Counted from the stretch's first letter, positions 33,165 through 50,034 are shown. The stretch: 64,000 nucleotides of DNA from the human T2T-CHM13v2.0 reference genome, Homo sapiens (GCF_009914755.1 NC_060943.1); one strand, 5' to 3'. Translations and numbers: made by a program. The notes: generated by a model from the sequence alone, not told the origin.

Positions 33165-34332
33165 GCATATGCATTCACACACGTGCACACACATGCTCAC
33201 ACATGCACACTCACACTGGCGTACACATGCTCATGCTCACACATGACATTCACACTTGCACACACGTGCACACACACTTATGCTCACACATGCACACTCA
33301 CTGGCGTACACACTCATGCTCACCCACGAATTTACATGTGCACACATGTGCACACTCATACATGCACACACATTCACACTTGCACACATGCACACACACA
33401 TACTCGTGGACACATGAATACTCACTGGCACACATACTCATGCTCACACATGACACACACTTGCACACATGTGCACACTTGTACTCACTTATGCATATGC
33501 AAACTCAATCGCACACACACGCACACACTCGCACACACACTCATGCACAGGACAGTCACACTTGCACATATGTGCACACTTGTACTCACACGCACGCACA
33601 CATTCATACTTGCACACATGTGCACACACACGCAAGTCATGGACACACACGCACACTCACACTGGCGTACACACATGCTCACCCACGAATTTACATGTGC
33701 ACACATGTGCACACTCGTTCACACTTGCACACACATGCACACATACTCGTGGACACAGATGAACACTGGCACATGCTCACGTATGACATTCACACTTGCA
33801 CACATGTGCACACTTGTACTCACATATGCATATGTATACACTCAATCGCACACACACACTCATGCACACAGGACATTCACACTTGCACATATGTGCACAC
33901 TTGCACACACACATTCACACACATTCACACACATGTGCACACTCACGCACACACGCATACTCATGGACACACATGCACACTCACACTCATGGACACACAT
34001 GCACACTGGCACACATACGCATACTCATGGACACATGCACACTCACACTCATGGACACACGCACACTGGCACACATACTCATGCTCACACATGACTGACT
34101 CGCACACATTTGCACACACATGCACACACTCACAATTGCACACACGCACACACACTCGCACAATGTGCACACTCGCATGCACGCACACTCACACTCAGAC
34201 ACGTGCACACTCACTGGCACACACTCATGCTCACGACATTCACACTTGCACAGATGTGCACTCTCACACTCATATGCACACGCATACACTCACACACATG
34301 CACACTCACACACACTCATGCACACATGCATA
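33165..34332 (+). repeat. Long degenerate CA-rich repeat
   Basis: cacacatgcacactca-type units over about 1.15 kb; source of the His/Thr ORFs. Confidence 0.9.
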
Positions 34333-34534
34333 TAGAGTTCCTTGATGGAAGCTTTGAGAACCATATCTTTCATTCCATTGTTAGCACACAAACTTTGGTT
34401 TGGTAAAGGAGAGGGATTCTTAGAAGCAGGTGGCTCACTCCCTCCTGCCCACAGCTCTGCCATCAGGACCCCCTGCAGGACAGCAGGGAGGCTCAGGCAG
34501 CACCATGAGCTCAGGCAGCTCATCCTCGCCCCTC

Positions 34535-34835
34535 CGTCTCTCTCTCTCCCTTCCTCTCTGTCTCTTTTCTGTCTGTGTCTCTCTTCCTGTGTTTGTCTCT
34601 CTCCATCTCTGTTTCTCTCTCTGTCTCTGTCTGTTTCTCTTTCTCTCTATCTCTGTATGTGTCTGTGTCTGTTTCTCTCTCTCTCTTCCTCCACCTGTTT
34701 CTTTTTGTGTGTCTGTTTTTCTATCTGCATCTCTCCTTCTTTTTCTCTCCCCCGTCTCTGTTTCTCTGTGTGTGTGTCTCTGTCTCTCTCCATCTCTCCC
34801 TGCTGTTTCTCTGTGTCTCTGTCTCTCTACCTCTG
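34535..34835 (+). repeat. CT/TG-rich low-complexity tract
   Basis: tctctg-type degenerate repeat. Confidence 0.8.
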
Positions 34836-35086
34836 CACCCCCCTCCCTCCTCCACACGTCCTCTGATGCACACTCCCCTTCTCGTTCCCGAGCAGACAGA
34901 CTCGCAGCAGCACTGGGATCTGAGCGCCAGATGGAGTTTATTTGCAGAGTGGCTGGGGCGAGAGAAGGCAAAACACATCACAGAGAGGGTGATGCCAGGT
35001 GGGAGGGAGACCCGGCCGGAGAGAAGGAGAGAGGACGGCGGGAGGACAGGGACGGAGGGGAGGCTGTGCCACACCAGACAGGCTAA

Positions 35087-35092
35087 TTTATT
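35087..35092 (-). terminator. Candidate SBK2 polyadenylation signal
   Basis: AATAAA on the - strand about 950 nt after the stop; a second at 34937-34942. Confidence 0.35.
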
Positions 35093-35295
35093 TAACAGAC
35101 ATTTCCTGATCCCTGCTGCAGGCCATCGCTGAGTACATGGGGTCTGTCAGCAGACGGAAGGCGGCAAAGACCCCCGACTCCAGGAGCTCACAAAATAACC
35201 ACAAAAAATAAGCCATGCAGTTAGAAGAGGATACACGTCCTAGAGCAACAGCAGAGTGGGGGGATGAGGAGGCAGACAGTAAGCATTTACAACGC

Positions 35296-35716
35296 GCAGC
35301 TGTAATCCCAGCACTGCGGGAGGCCGAGGTGGGAGACTCGCTCCAGGCCAGGAATTTGAGACTAGCCTGAGCAACACAGCAAGACCCGCCCCCAACCATC
35401 TTTTTAAAAAGTTAAAAATTAGCCTAGCGTGGTGGCGCATGCCTGTAGTCCCAGCTACTCAGGAGGCTGAGGCAGGAGGATTGTTTGAGGCCAGGAGTTG
35501 ACACCCACCTGGGCAACATAGCAAGACCCCTCCATCTCTAAAAAAAGTTAAAAATTAGCCTAGCGTGGTGGCGCATGCCTGTAGTCCCAGCTACTCAGGA
35601 GGCTGAGGCAGGAAGATTGCTTGAGCTGTGGATTTTGAGACTGCAGTGAGCAGAGATAGCACCACTGCACTCCAGCCTGGGAGACAGAGCGAGACCCTGT
35701 CTCAAAAAAAATAAAA
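35296..35716 (+). mobile_element. Old Alu with an internal duplication, in the SBK2 3' region
   Basis: gttaaaaattagcctagcgtggtggcgcatgcc...gaggcagga at 35411 and again at 35547. Confidence 0.8.
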
Positions 35717-36040
35717 ATGCGAGGGGTGAGGGGATGAGCCTAAAGTGCCCTGAGCAAACAGCAAGTGCAGAGGCCCTGGGGAAGGTGGCGGCAGGTACCG
35801 AGAGCCACGCGGAGGTCTGAGACCCTGGGGAAGGTGGCGGCAGGTATGGAGGGACATGCAGAGGTCTGAGGCCCTCATGGACCAAGGGAGGAATGCAGCC
35901 TGCAGAGAGGAGAGAGGAGGAGGACGCCGAGGGGAATCCCAAGCCCCATGGATGAAAACACACCGAGGAGACACCAAAAGCCGTTGGCCTTGGGGGCCTC
36001 GGGTGGGGCGGCTTCCCTTTCTGCATCCCCCGGGGCCTCC

Positions 36041-36631
36041 TCACTGCCCAGCCTCCTCTTCCACCGCTCCCACTGCCTCCGCCTCGCCCTCCCGCTGCCT
36101 CCAGGGGCGCCCCAGGTGCTCCCTGATGGCGATCACAGCGCTCCTCCTTCGGGGGTGAGGGTCCAGCAGCCCCCGCAGAAGCGCGTCGGCCGCGGGGGCC
36201 AGGCCGAACCAGGGCTGAGGGCGGTCCCGGGGCTGGCCCGACGCCTGCCAGATGAGGAAGTCCTCGTAGAAGGGGTCGGCCTCGGCCAGGGGCCGGTCCC
36301 AGGGGAAGTAGCCCGTGAGGAGGCAGAAGAGCAGGACGCCCAGCGCCCAGGCGTCCAGGGCGGGCTGAATGGGCAGGCCCTCGGGGAGCGGCGGGGGCGC
36401 GCAGAGCTCGGGGGCCGTGTAGGGGATGGGCGGCCCGGCCAGGCGCAGCAGCGTCCCGCGAGGCCTCGTGTGGCCGAAGTCGGTCAGCTTGAAGCGCCGG
36501 CAGGCCGGGTCGCACACCAGGACGTTCTCCGGCTTCAGGTCCCGGTACACCAGGCCGCGGGCGTGGATGTACTCCAGGGCGGAGGCCAGCTGGGCGGCGC
36601 AGCGGTGCACCGCGGGCTGCGGGAGGCCCAC
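36041..36631 (-). CDS. SBK2: SBK2 last coding exon (kinase C-lobe: YRDLKPEN, DFG, YTAPE, DAWALG)
   Basis: Acceptor AG at 36633-36632, phase 0; 591 nt to TGA at 36043-36041. Confidence 0.95.
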   Translation of the reverse strand: MGLPQPAVHRCAAQLASALEYIHARGLVYRDLKPENVLVCDPACRRFKLTDFGHTRPRGTLLRLAGPPIPYTAPELCAPPPLPEGLPIQPALDAWALGVLLFCLLTGYFPWDRPLAEADPFYEDFLIWQASGQPRDRPQPWFGLAPAADALLRGLLDPHPRRRSAVIAIREHLGRPWRQREGEAEAVGAVEEEAGQ

Positions 36632-37114
36632 CTGCGGGGAGAGGGGTCAGGGCCCAGTGCCCCGGGGCCACGGAAGGCAACCGAGACCCAGGAAGCAGGC
36701 CCAGGACGCCAAGGAGGCCGGTAAGGAAGACGGTGAATAGTTGGCCCTGTGAGGCCTAGTGTGACCTGTGAGGCCTGTGGGTTTAGTGGGGTCTGGGGTG
36801 ACCCTGTAGGACCTGTAGGTTAAGCGGGGCCTCGGGTGACCCTGTAGGGCCTGTGACTTGATTGGGGTCCAGTGTGACCTGGGGCTGCCTGGTGAGTCTC
36901 CATGGTGTATCGTGTGAGTTCTGTGATGTCTATGAACTCCAAAGAGGCCTAACAACTCCACGAGTCCTGTGGGCCCCACGAGGGGCCTCCGGGGGGTAGG
37001 GGAGGCCCAGGGAGGCCCAACGCAGTGGCTGTGGCTCCTGCGGCCCAGGCTGCTCAGGACGTTCCTGGGAGGCCGGTGAGGCACTCGGAGGCGGCCTGGG
37101 GTCTGCCTACGCAC

Positions 37115-37317
37115 CTTGGGCTGGATGAAGGCCATGAGGTCCCCGTGCAGGACGGGCTCCGTCAGGAAGCTGTAGGAGTGTGCCGACTCGATGCCAATGC
37201 CGTAGGCCGTCACGATGGCTGAGTGCGCGCCCAGCGAGAGCCCCACACAGAACTCGTACAGGAAGCCACGGAGGGACGTGCGGGGTTTCGGGAGCTGCTT
37301 CAGTGCCAGGGGTGTGC
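37115..37317 (-). CDS. SBK2: SBK2 middle coding exon (GTPLALK...EFCVGL...FIQPK)
   Basis: AG at 37319-37318, GT at 37114-37113; 203 nt, phase 1-0. Confidence 0.95.
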
Positions 37318-37539
37318 CTGGGGCAGCAGGGACAGGTATGGGAGGCGTGCAGCAGCCAAGGGCCACCTGGGCCAGCTGCTCTGTTCCCCTGTGGTCCCCT
37401 CAATGGCCCCTCAGCTTGGACTCTTTCCCATAGACCATCTCCACCTCCTCCAACTCCCACCTCCCTCCTGAGCCCATCCTAACAGCATGGCCACCCAAGC
37501 ATCACCAGCGGTACCAATAGTTATAGCACGCTGGGGACC

Positions 37540-39640
<2,101 letters not shown>

Positions 39641-40037
39641 AAAAAGTTCCTTCCTTATCAAAAACACCAGCCATCCCCGCCCACTCTGCAGCCAGATGCA
39701 GTGGGGTCTCTTCTGCGTGTTCACAGCGCTCCTGATCACTGCCGCCACGGCCACGCCACCCGGTGTTGGCGATCCCTGCCCATCTATGCTCCCCACGGTG
39801 CCCTGAGCTTCTTAACGACAGTGACATGTTCAGGGCCCCAGCATCATGCAGCCCAGGGGCAGGTGTGCTGGAGGCCTCCAGATACAGGTTCAGTGAAATG
39901 GCCATGGAGGGGCCTCATTGGCAATGCCCCCGCCTGTTACTGCTCATGCCTCCGGCTTTGTGAGCACCCAGGGCTGGATCTCTGCATCCGTGGCTCTTCC
40001 TGAGGTGTGCTGTTGTGTGGCTGTGTTATTGCCCTCT

Positions 40038-41065
<1,028 letters not shown>

Positions 41066-41984
41066 TCATGCTAGGAGATTTTTGAAGGCAGGGACTGGCT
41101 CTGGTTCAATTCTGGGTCCACTGCCCGCCCAACCCCCCCAGCACAGGGCTGGCCTCAGAAGGCGTGCCCTGAACTGACTGACCTCAGGTTGCCTCCCTAT
41201 TTTCCGTTTCATGGAAGGACACGGTGCTTGGCAGAAAGGCCCAGGGTAGTGGGGAGCTGTCCTGCGCACCCACTGTGTGCCGGCCTTGCTAAGTGCTTAG
41301 CAGACAGCATCACTCTGCATCATCCCACGGTGACCACTACAGCCGCCACAGGAGGCTCCTGAGCTGGGAGCTCTGTCTTACCCAGCATTATACAACCCCA
41401 GCAACTAGAGCAGTCCACATTCACTCAGAGGATCCACCATTCTTCCAAGTAGAAATCATCACCCACATTTTCCAAAGGAGGAAGCTGAGACTCAGAGAGG
41501 GCAAGGGAGTTCCTCAAAACACAGTTTTTGGCAGGGCACCGTGGCTCATGCCTGTAATCCCAGCAATTGGGAGGCTGAGGCAGGCGGATCACTGGAGGCC
41601 AGGAGTACGAGACCACCCTGGCCAACAGAGTGAAACCTCATCTCTACTAAGAAAGAAAAATACACACACACACAAATGTAGCTGGGTGTGGTAGTGCATG
41701 CCTATAGTCCTAGCTACATGGGAGGCTGAGGCAGGAGGATCACTTGAACCTGGGAGGTGGAAGTTGCAGTGAGATTGTGCCACTGCACTCCAGCCTGGGC
41801 GGCAGAGCCAGACTGTCTCAAAAACAACCAACCAACCAAAAGAACAAAAAACAAAAAACACACAGCTTTGGAGGGCAGAGGTAAGACTTGATTCAGGCCT
41901 GCCAGCCTCCCCAGCCTGGGCTACCCCAGGCCCGTGCCCCGCCCCCAGCTGAACCCTGCCACCTCTGGCCCCACAGCCTCGTAC

Positions 41985-42237
41985 CTTTCTGACGATGGGT
42001 GACCAGAAGGACGCGGCCATAGCGACCCTGGCCCAGGGGACGCACTTCCTCGTAGAGCTCGTCCACCTCGGCTCGGACCAGGGTCTGAGCACTCAGCGTC
42101 ATCATGTCCTCCAGCGCGCGGGCAGCCTCCTGGCCCTGCTGGAGCTCCTCTAATGTCAGGCCGCCCAGACCCTCCTCCTCGCTGTCCTCCGAAGCCCCTG
42201 CCTCCGCCGGCCCTTCCTCAGACTGTTTGCCGGGCAT
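41985..42237 (-). CDS. SBK2: SBK2 first coding exon (MPGKQSEE...LGQGRYGRV...HRQK)
   Basis: ATG at 42237 two nt inside an acceptor; donor gtac at 41984; 253 nt. Total 253+203+591=1047 nt = 348 aa Ser/Thr kinase. Confidence 0.95.
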
Positions 42238-42990
42238 CTCTGCGAGAACAGAGAGGGGTGCCCAGGCTCAGGTCCCAGGCCCAAGGGAGGAGGGGACTGG
42301 GGGTCTGGACTCCTGGGTCTGAGGGAGGAGGGGCTGGGGGCTCATCGCGCTTCTCATTGTGACTCAGTCTCCCTCTTGGTGAGAGGTGGGGAGACAAGTC
42401 TGGTGTGAGTTCAAGCCCCTGGTCACAGATGTCCCTGCCCGCGTGCCGCCGCCGCCACCCGCCCACCCTGAGGTTGAAAGATGAACCAGATAACTGAGAC
42501 TCCCCCATCTTGTTTCCAAAGCAAACAGACTTGGGCCCTGGGGGTGGATGAGTAGACTCTGTCTCCTGAGAACAAACAGGTGCTCTTGGGCTCAGGGCTG
42601 GGAGGGCGGGCTGTGCAGAGGGCCTGGGACGCCTGGGTCCTGCATGGGACCGAGCACTTGGGATCAGTCCCCAAGCTCCTGACAGGCCTGGGGTCCCACT
42701 TTCACAGCCCACCCACCTCCCTCCGACCCAGCCCCCCAGCCCCTCCTCCGCCAGGCCCAGGGGTCCAGGCCCCCAGCCCACCTCTCTCCCGGAACCTCAT
42801 ACAATTCACACAACTGGGGACCCCCTGATTCTGTTTCCCTCACCCTCCACCGCTCTACAGCCTCCAGGTGCAGCCCAGGCTCCCCTGAGGGACCGAGGAC
42901 TCGGGCCACCTGGTACAGTCACCCTCAGGTGCTGCCCACCTCAGGCCAGGGCACCTTGCCCACCTCCCAACCCGGGCTCAGACCTCCAGA

Positions 42991-43140
42991 CCTCACCTCC
43001 TCCAAGGCCCTCCTGACCCTCCGGCTGCCGGCTGTGGTCAGTGCCCGGCACTTAGGGCTCATGCCAGCAGAGGCCTGCCTAGGAGCAAGACCCCGCCCCG
43101 ACTTTGGGGGTCGTAAGGCCCCGCCCCTGGGCCCGCCCCT
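42991..43140 (-). promoter_or_regulatory. Likely SBK2 non-coding first exon and GC-box promoter
   Basis: The acceptor before the ATG requires an upstream exon. Donor gag|gtgagg at 42996-42991; three GGGCGGG boxes at 43091-43139. Confidence 0.5.
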
Positions 43141-43224
43141 TCTGCCCCCACTGGGAGCAGAGCGACATCGTGTGATGACTCCTGGAACTGGCTGTGGTCA
43201 GGTGAATACCCTGACCCAAGAGTT

Positions 43225-43752
43225 GAGCCCTCCTCCTTCAGACCCAGGAGTCCAGGCCCCAGCCCCTCCTCCTCCCTCAGACTCAGGAGTCCAGGCCCCC
43301 AGCGCCTCCTCCCTCAGACCCAGGAATCCAGTCTCCCAGTGCCTCCTCCCTCAGACCCAGGAGTCCAGGCCCCAGCCCCTCCTCCCTCAGACCCAGGAGT
43401 CCAGGCCCCCAGCTCTTCTTCCCTCAGACCCAGGAATCCAGGCCCCCAGCTTTCCCTCCCTCAGACCCAGGAATCCAGTCCCCCAGTGCCTCCTCCCTCA
43501 GACCCAGGAGTCTAGACCCCAGCCCCTCCTCCCTCAGACCCAGGAGTCTAGGTCTCCAGCCCCTCCTCCCTCAGACCCAGGAATTCAGGTCTCCAGCCCC
43601 TCCTCCCTCAGACCTAGGAGTCCAGACCCCCAGCCCCTCCTCCCTCAGACCCAGGAGTCCAGGCCCCAGCCCCTCCTCCCTCAGACCCAGGAGTCCAGGC
43701 CCCAGTCCCTCCTCCCTCAGACCCAGGAGTCCAGGCCTCAGCCTCCCCCACC
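43225..43752 (+). repeat. MSR1 minisatellite array, about 14 units of 36-38 bp
   Basis: Unit cccctcctccctcagacccaggagtccaggcccccag. Confidence 0.9.
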
Positions 43753-44034
43753 CATCTGAAGTTTTCCGGCAGAACTGAGGCCTCCCCACCCCCTCAAGGC
43801 CTCTCTTCCCAGTTGCTCCAGCACCTGCTTCCCGCCCCTCTGAGTCTGAGGTCATCCCACACTGCATCGTTCTGGAATCTCATTGTCTCATTCTTTCCCC
43901 AAACTAGACCCCAGCATCTGATCCCCTGGACACCCCTCTCCAAGCACTTGTGTCTGACCTGTCAATGGGGCATTGATGGGGCAGCTGGGTGGGGTCAAGG
44001 CAGGGGTGGGTTCCAGAAATGATTTCATTTTCTA

Positions 44035-44232
44035 CACGGGACCCGGACTCCTGGGCCTGATGGAGGAGGGGGTTGAGGACCTGGACTCCTAGGTCTGAGG
44101 GAGGAGGGGGTTGAGGACCCGGACTCCTGGGCCTGAGGGTGGAGGGGGTTGAGGACCTGGACTCCTGGGCCTGAGGGAGGAGGGGGTTGAGGACCTGGAC
44201 TCCTGGGTCTGAGGGAGGAGGGCCTGAGGGCT
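44035..44232 (-). repeat. MSR1 array in inverted orientation, about 5 units
   Basis: cctggactcctgggtctgagggaggaggggg units. Confidence 0.85.
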
Positions 44233-44343
44233 CCTGATTCCAAAGAGAGGAATAACAATAAAAATAGTTTGAAAGCGCATAACAGGAATACAGGCCAGTG
44301 AGTGCCTCCCTGCTGTAAGCACAGGGAGATTAAGCCCCACTAG

Positions 44344-44661
<318 letters not shown>

Positions 44662-44680
44662 TGATCTCCTGACCTGGTGA

Positions 44681-45091
<411 letters not shown>

Positions 45092-45809
45092 TAAACTTTT
45101 TATTTTGGAATCATTTTAGGTTTATAAAATGGTTGCCAAGATCCTGCGGAGAGTTCCCATGCACCCTCCCCCAGCCTCCCCTGGTGTCGGCATCGCGATG
45201 CAAACCGTGAGACATTTGTCAAAACTACGAGGCTCACAGTTGGGCCAACACCAGACTGTTATTTCAGCAGCGCTTCCACGATGGATCGAGCCCAGGATGC
45301 CGTGTCGTATGTAGTGAGCTCACTTCCCAGCCTGGAAGCATACCTTCCTGCTTAGGAAACACAGTTTCCAGTTCTGGACCCTCCGCTGGGTGCTGGGGTC
45401 TTGGATTTGGATCTAGTTCGTCCCCGTCCTGCAGGCGTGAACCTCCACAAGCCAGGCTCCGTGTCCTGTCTGGCAGGTGCCATGGGACTGCGGGGCGCGG
45501 GCTGGCCTTGGTGAGGAAGGAGACCCATGGGTACCAGGCCTGGCTCTTAGGATTGACGGGTCTGAGAAAGGGGGACGGAGCTGGGACAATCACAATCCGT
45601 GGTGCTCTGTGGGAGCAGAACTGGGAAGGATCTAAATATGGAGAAGACCAGGTCCAGCCTGGACAGTCAGAAAGAGACATGGATTGTTCTAATACAAGTT
45701 CCCCAGGAGGCCAGAGAGGGCTGGGGGTGGGGGCCACTTTCTGGAGCCATGGGTCAGGGGGAAGATGCTCTCGGTGGAGGCCACACAGTGCGCCAATGTC
45801 TGGCAGCAG

Positions 45810-46030
45810 CTGTGCGTGCATGCGTGTGCATGCGTGTGTGCACACATGTGTGTATGCGTGCGAGTGCGTGTGTCCATGTATGCACGCATGTGTGTGTGCG
45901 CGCGTGTGTGTGCATGCGTGTGCGCATATACGCGTGTGTATGCGTGAGTGCATGCACATGTATGTGCGTGTGTGTGCACACGTGTGCACCCATGTGTGTG
46001 TGCACGTGCGTGTGTGTGTTCTCACATGTG
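45810..46030 (+). repeat. TG/CG/CA alternating purine-pyrimidine tract
   Basis: tgtgcgtgcatgcgtgtg-type degenerate repeat. Confidence 0.85.
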
Positions 46031-46178
46031 TAGATTTAGGTCCAGAACAGATGAGTGGCGCCCATGACATCACCCACAGCCCAGAGAAATGGGAGAGGTG
46101 GAGGGTGAGGTTTATATGGTGTCGGATCCTAAAGTTCAGATCTTGTGACATGGACAGCGGGAGCCACGGAAGGTCTTA

Positions 46179-46469
<291 letters not shown>

Positions 46470-46784
46470 TCACAGACCGAGATTCTGTCTAAAAAAAATA
46501 AAAATAAAAAAGAAGACACTCTGGACGGAGGGAAGAGGAAAGGTCCTTGAGGGAGGAAGGGATGGGAGCCTGGATCCTGTGTCTGAGAGAGGAGGGGCAG
46601 GAGCTGGGCTCTTGGGTCCTCAGTTGGAAGAGGAATGCGCGTCCAAGCCCAGCGTTCCGTAGGGAGAGTGCAATGTGTTCCCTCTCTGTCCTCCCGGGTG
46701 CAGCTGTCTCTCCATCCAGGTGGCCCTGGGGGCTGGGGGAAGGGCCTCTGGCCCAGGCTCTGGCCACCTGTCTCTGTCACCTGG

Positions 46785-47465
46785 TCAGGGAGCTCCCCCA
46801 TCTGTCCCCGTCCTCCCACCACTTTTGCTGTCATCACCCTCATCTGTCCACTCCTCCAGGCTTGAGCCTCCCTCCTCCCTGTCCTCATAGGACACGGCGC
46901 TCCCCAAAACCCCAGGTCCCTCTCTGTTCCCTTGCAACCCCCAGTCGTCCCCCAGGAAGTCCAGGACAGCCAGTGGGGGGCTCCTAGTCTCGGGATCCAG
47001 GTCCAGAAGCCCCTGGAGCAAGGCCAGGGCTGGGGGCGCAAACTGGTCCCAGGGTGGTGGTGGCTGAGGTGGCTGAGGCTTGGTGGTCACCCAGCCAGCG
47101 AAGGCCTCGAACTCAGGGTTGGGGGCCAGTGCCACGTCCCAAGGGAAACAGGCAGTGGCAGCACAGAAGAGAAGCACCCCCAGGCCCCAGGAGTCCACGG
47201 CTGGCCGCAGAGGCAGGGTGTCGGGCGGTAGCAGGAGACAGAGCTCAGGCGGTGCCGTGGGCAGAGGCACTGGTGGGGCGGGGGTCGGGCTGCCCTCTGG
47301 CCGGGTCAGACCCAGGTCTCCCAGGGCCACACGGCTGCAGACTGGGTCGAAGACCAGCACGTTGTCAGGTTTGACATCTGCGTGGACCAGCCCCCGGCTG
47401 TGGAGGAAGTCCAGAGCTCCTGCCAACTGGGCCACCACCCGCTTCACCAGCAGTTCTGGGAGGCC
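46785..47465 (-). CDS. SBK3: SBK3 last coding exon ([22 protein letters not shown])
   Basis: Acceptor tcttgacctcag (AG 47467-47466), phase 0; 681 nt to TGA at 46787-46785. Confidence 0.95.
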   Translation of the reverse strand, partial: GLPELLVKRVVAQLAGALDFLHSRGLVHADVKPDNVLVFDPVCSRVALGDLGLTRPEGSPTPAPPVPLPTAPPELCLLLPPDTLPLRPAVDSWGLGVLLFCAATACFPWDVALAPNPEFEAFAGWVTTKPQPPQPPPPWDQFAPPALALLQGLLDLDPETRSPPLAVLDFLGDDWGLQGNREGPGVLGSAVSYEDREEGGSSLEEWTDEGDDSKSGGRTGTDGGAP

Positions 47466-47469
47466 CTGA

Positions 47470-47637
<168 letters not shown>

Positions 47638-48239
47638 TGAAAGAGGCTCTAGATTCCTAAGTCCTAAAAGTTTGACTCTTGGGGTTTGAGAATCTAGAAC
47701 CCCAGACTAGTGGCTACCTCCAGTGTTCCCACCACATGCTCCCAAAGACTTTCTCTCCATCATCCTCAACCTCAACCTGCAGCCATATCTGCACTCCTGT
47801 AGACCAACTCCCAGCTGGTCTCCCAGTTTTCCCCACTGGAACCCCAGTTATAACCAGTAGCTCCTTCTTTTAGCTTCTTTCAAAGATTCTCCTAACTCAA
47901 ACACTCAGGCCCACTGTGAACATTTCTTATATATCTTTTGTAAACTGACCATCCAGATCTTCTCCAGTGAGAACTCAAATTTCATTCTTAACCCTAATCT
48001 TAGTCTTGTATGAGTCTAGACCCCATCTCTAACTCAGAGGCTTTTCTAAAATTCCCCAGTTTATTTCATCAATTGATTATCTATCCGTCTAGCCAGCCAG
48101 CTGGCCAGGCAGCAATTCATCCATGAAGCCATCCATCCTTCCAACAGTATTGAACAGTGTGTCCATCCAACATCCATTCCACCAACCAGTCAGCAATCCA
48201 ATAAGTTATTCTGTTATTTAATATCCAACATCCATATAT

Positions 48240-48748
48240 TCATCCTCCCTTGCTTCCTTTCACCCATCCACTCACCATCCATTAATCATCCATCCACCAA
48301 TCCTTCCGTCCACCCACCCATCCATCCATCCACTCAACCAATCCTTCCATCCACCCACCCACCCATCCACTCATCCATCCACCACTCACTCACCCACCAA
48401 ACCTTTCATCCATCCATCCATCCATCCATCCACCCACCCACCAATCCTTCCTTCCATCCATCCACCCATCCGCCCACCAATCCTTTCATCCATCCATCCA
48501 TCCACCAATCCTTCCTTCCGTCCATCCATCCATCCGCCCACCAATCCTTTCATCCATCCGTCCATGCAGCCATCCACCCACCCATCCATCCACCAATTCT
48601 TCCATCCACCCACCCACCTATCCACTCAACCAATCCTTTCATCCACCCACCCACCTACCCATCCACTCATCCATCCATTCACTCACCCACAAAACCTTTC
48701 ATCCATCCATCCACCCATCCATCCACCCACCAATCCTTCCTTCTATCG

Positions 48749-48781
<33 letters not shown>

Positions 48782-49372
48782 CCCACCAATCCTTCCTTCC
48801 ATCCATCCATCCACCCACCAATCCTTTCATCCATCCATCCACCCCTCCATCTACCCACCCACCCATCCATCCACCCACCCATCCATCCATCCATCCACCC
48901 ATCCATCCATCCACCCACGGATCCTTCCATCCACCCACCCACCCATCCACTCAACCAATCCTTTCATCCACCCACCCACCCACCCATCCACTCATCCATC
49001 CATCCACTCACCCACCAAACCTTTCATCCATCCATCCACTCACCTACCAAACCTTTCATCCATCCATCCATCCACCCACCAATCCTTTCATCCACCCATC
49101 CACCCACCCATCCATCCACCCACCCACCCATCCATCCATCCACCATCCATCCATCCACCCACCCATCCATCCACCCATGGATCCTTCCATCCACCCACCC
49201 ACTCATCCATCCATCCATCCACTCACCCACCAATCCTTTCATCCATCCATCCATCCATCCATCCATCCACCCACCCACCCACCCATCCATCCACCCACCC
49301 ATCCATCTACCAGTCCTTCCTTCCACCCATCTATTCACCCACCCATCTGTCCACTCACCCATCCTTCCATCC
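48240..49372 (+). repeat. (CCAT/CCAC)n tetranucleotide tract in SBK3 intron 3
   Basis: About 1.1 kb of ccatccacc with the periodic spacer ccaatcctttc. Confidence 0.95.
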
Positions 49373-50034
49373 TTCTAATTCTCAATGAGACTCATTTCTC
49401 CACATGTACCTTCCTCATCCCCTTCCTTCTTTTATTCCTTCCATTTATCCCTAACTTTATCTCAAATCCAAAATCTATTCCTGAAACTATCCCTACCCCT
49501 AATCTCCAAACTCGAGAGACCCTAGAATATCATGGGTTCTGTCCTGACCTGGTCTCCTTTCTAGAAGAAACCCCATTATAGCCCATCTCCAACTCAGTCT
49601 ATATACACATCCTCAACCGTCTCTGCTTCTCTCTGCAGCCCATTCATGCTTTTCTCCATACTCACGATGAATCTATAATCAACTCTAAACTCAACCCACC
49701 CAACTCCACCCATGCCCACACCCTAACCTCAGAGTCAACTAAAATCCCAACCCTGTCTCCCTCCCCACCCCCTTCATTGACTCCAGTCCATCCTCAATCC
49801 CACCCCCAGCTCCCTGCCTTTCCACGATTGTGTTTGGGTGATTGGATGGATTAGGGTTGAGGTCAGGCATGGAACCTCGTTGAGAATTAGAAAGGGGGAG
49901 GTCATGTGGGGGCTCAGGGTGGAGATGGATTGGGCGGGCCCTGATTTGGGGTCAGAGTTGGAGACAGAGACGGGGCTTGGGACAGAGTTGGACCTGGGAT
50001 AAGCGCTCCCAACCTTTGTCCCTCGTGGCCTCAC

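Noticed and set aside
33183-34406. 303-380 aa His/Thr/Cys-rich ORFs
   Set aside because: Translation of a CA-rich simple repeat that lacks stops; no splice or domain support.
35595-36680. 361 aa alternative-frame ORF and 258 aa antisense ORF over the SBK2 last exon
   Set aside because: Expected from very high GC content; the longer one runs into an Alu; no recognisable domain.
43225-43752. CRISPR-like appearance of 37-bp repeats
   Set aside because: Tandem units without unique spacers, human context, no cas genes.
42929-43759. 276 aa ORF with PQTQESRP repeats (also 52421-53110)
   Set aside because: Translation of MSR1 minisatellite units.
48564-49388. 274 aa Pro/His/Ser ORF and antisense Trp/Met/Asp/Gly ORFs
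   Set aside because: Artefact of the (CCAT)n repeat.
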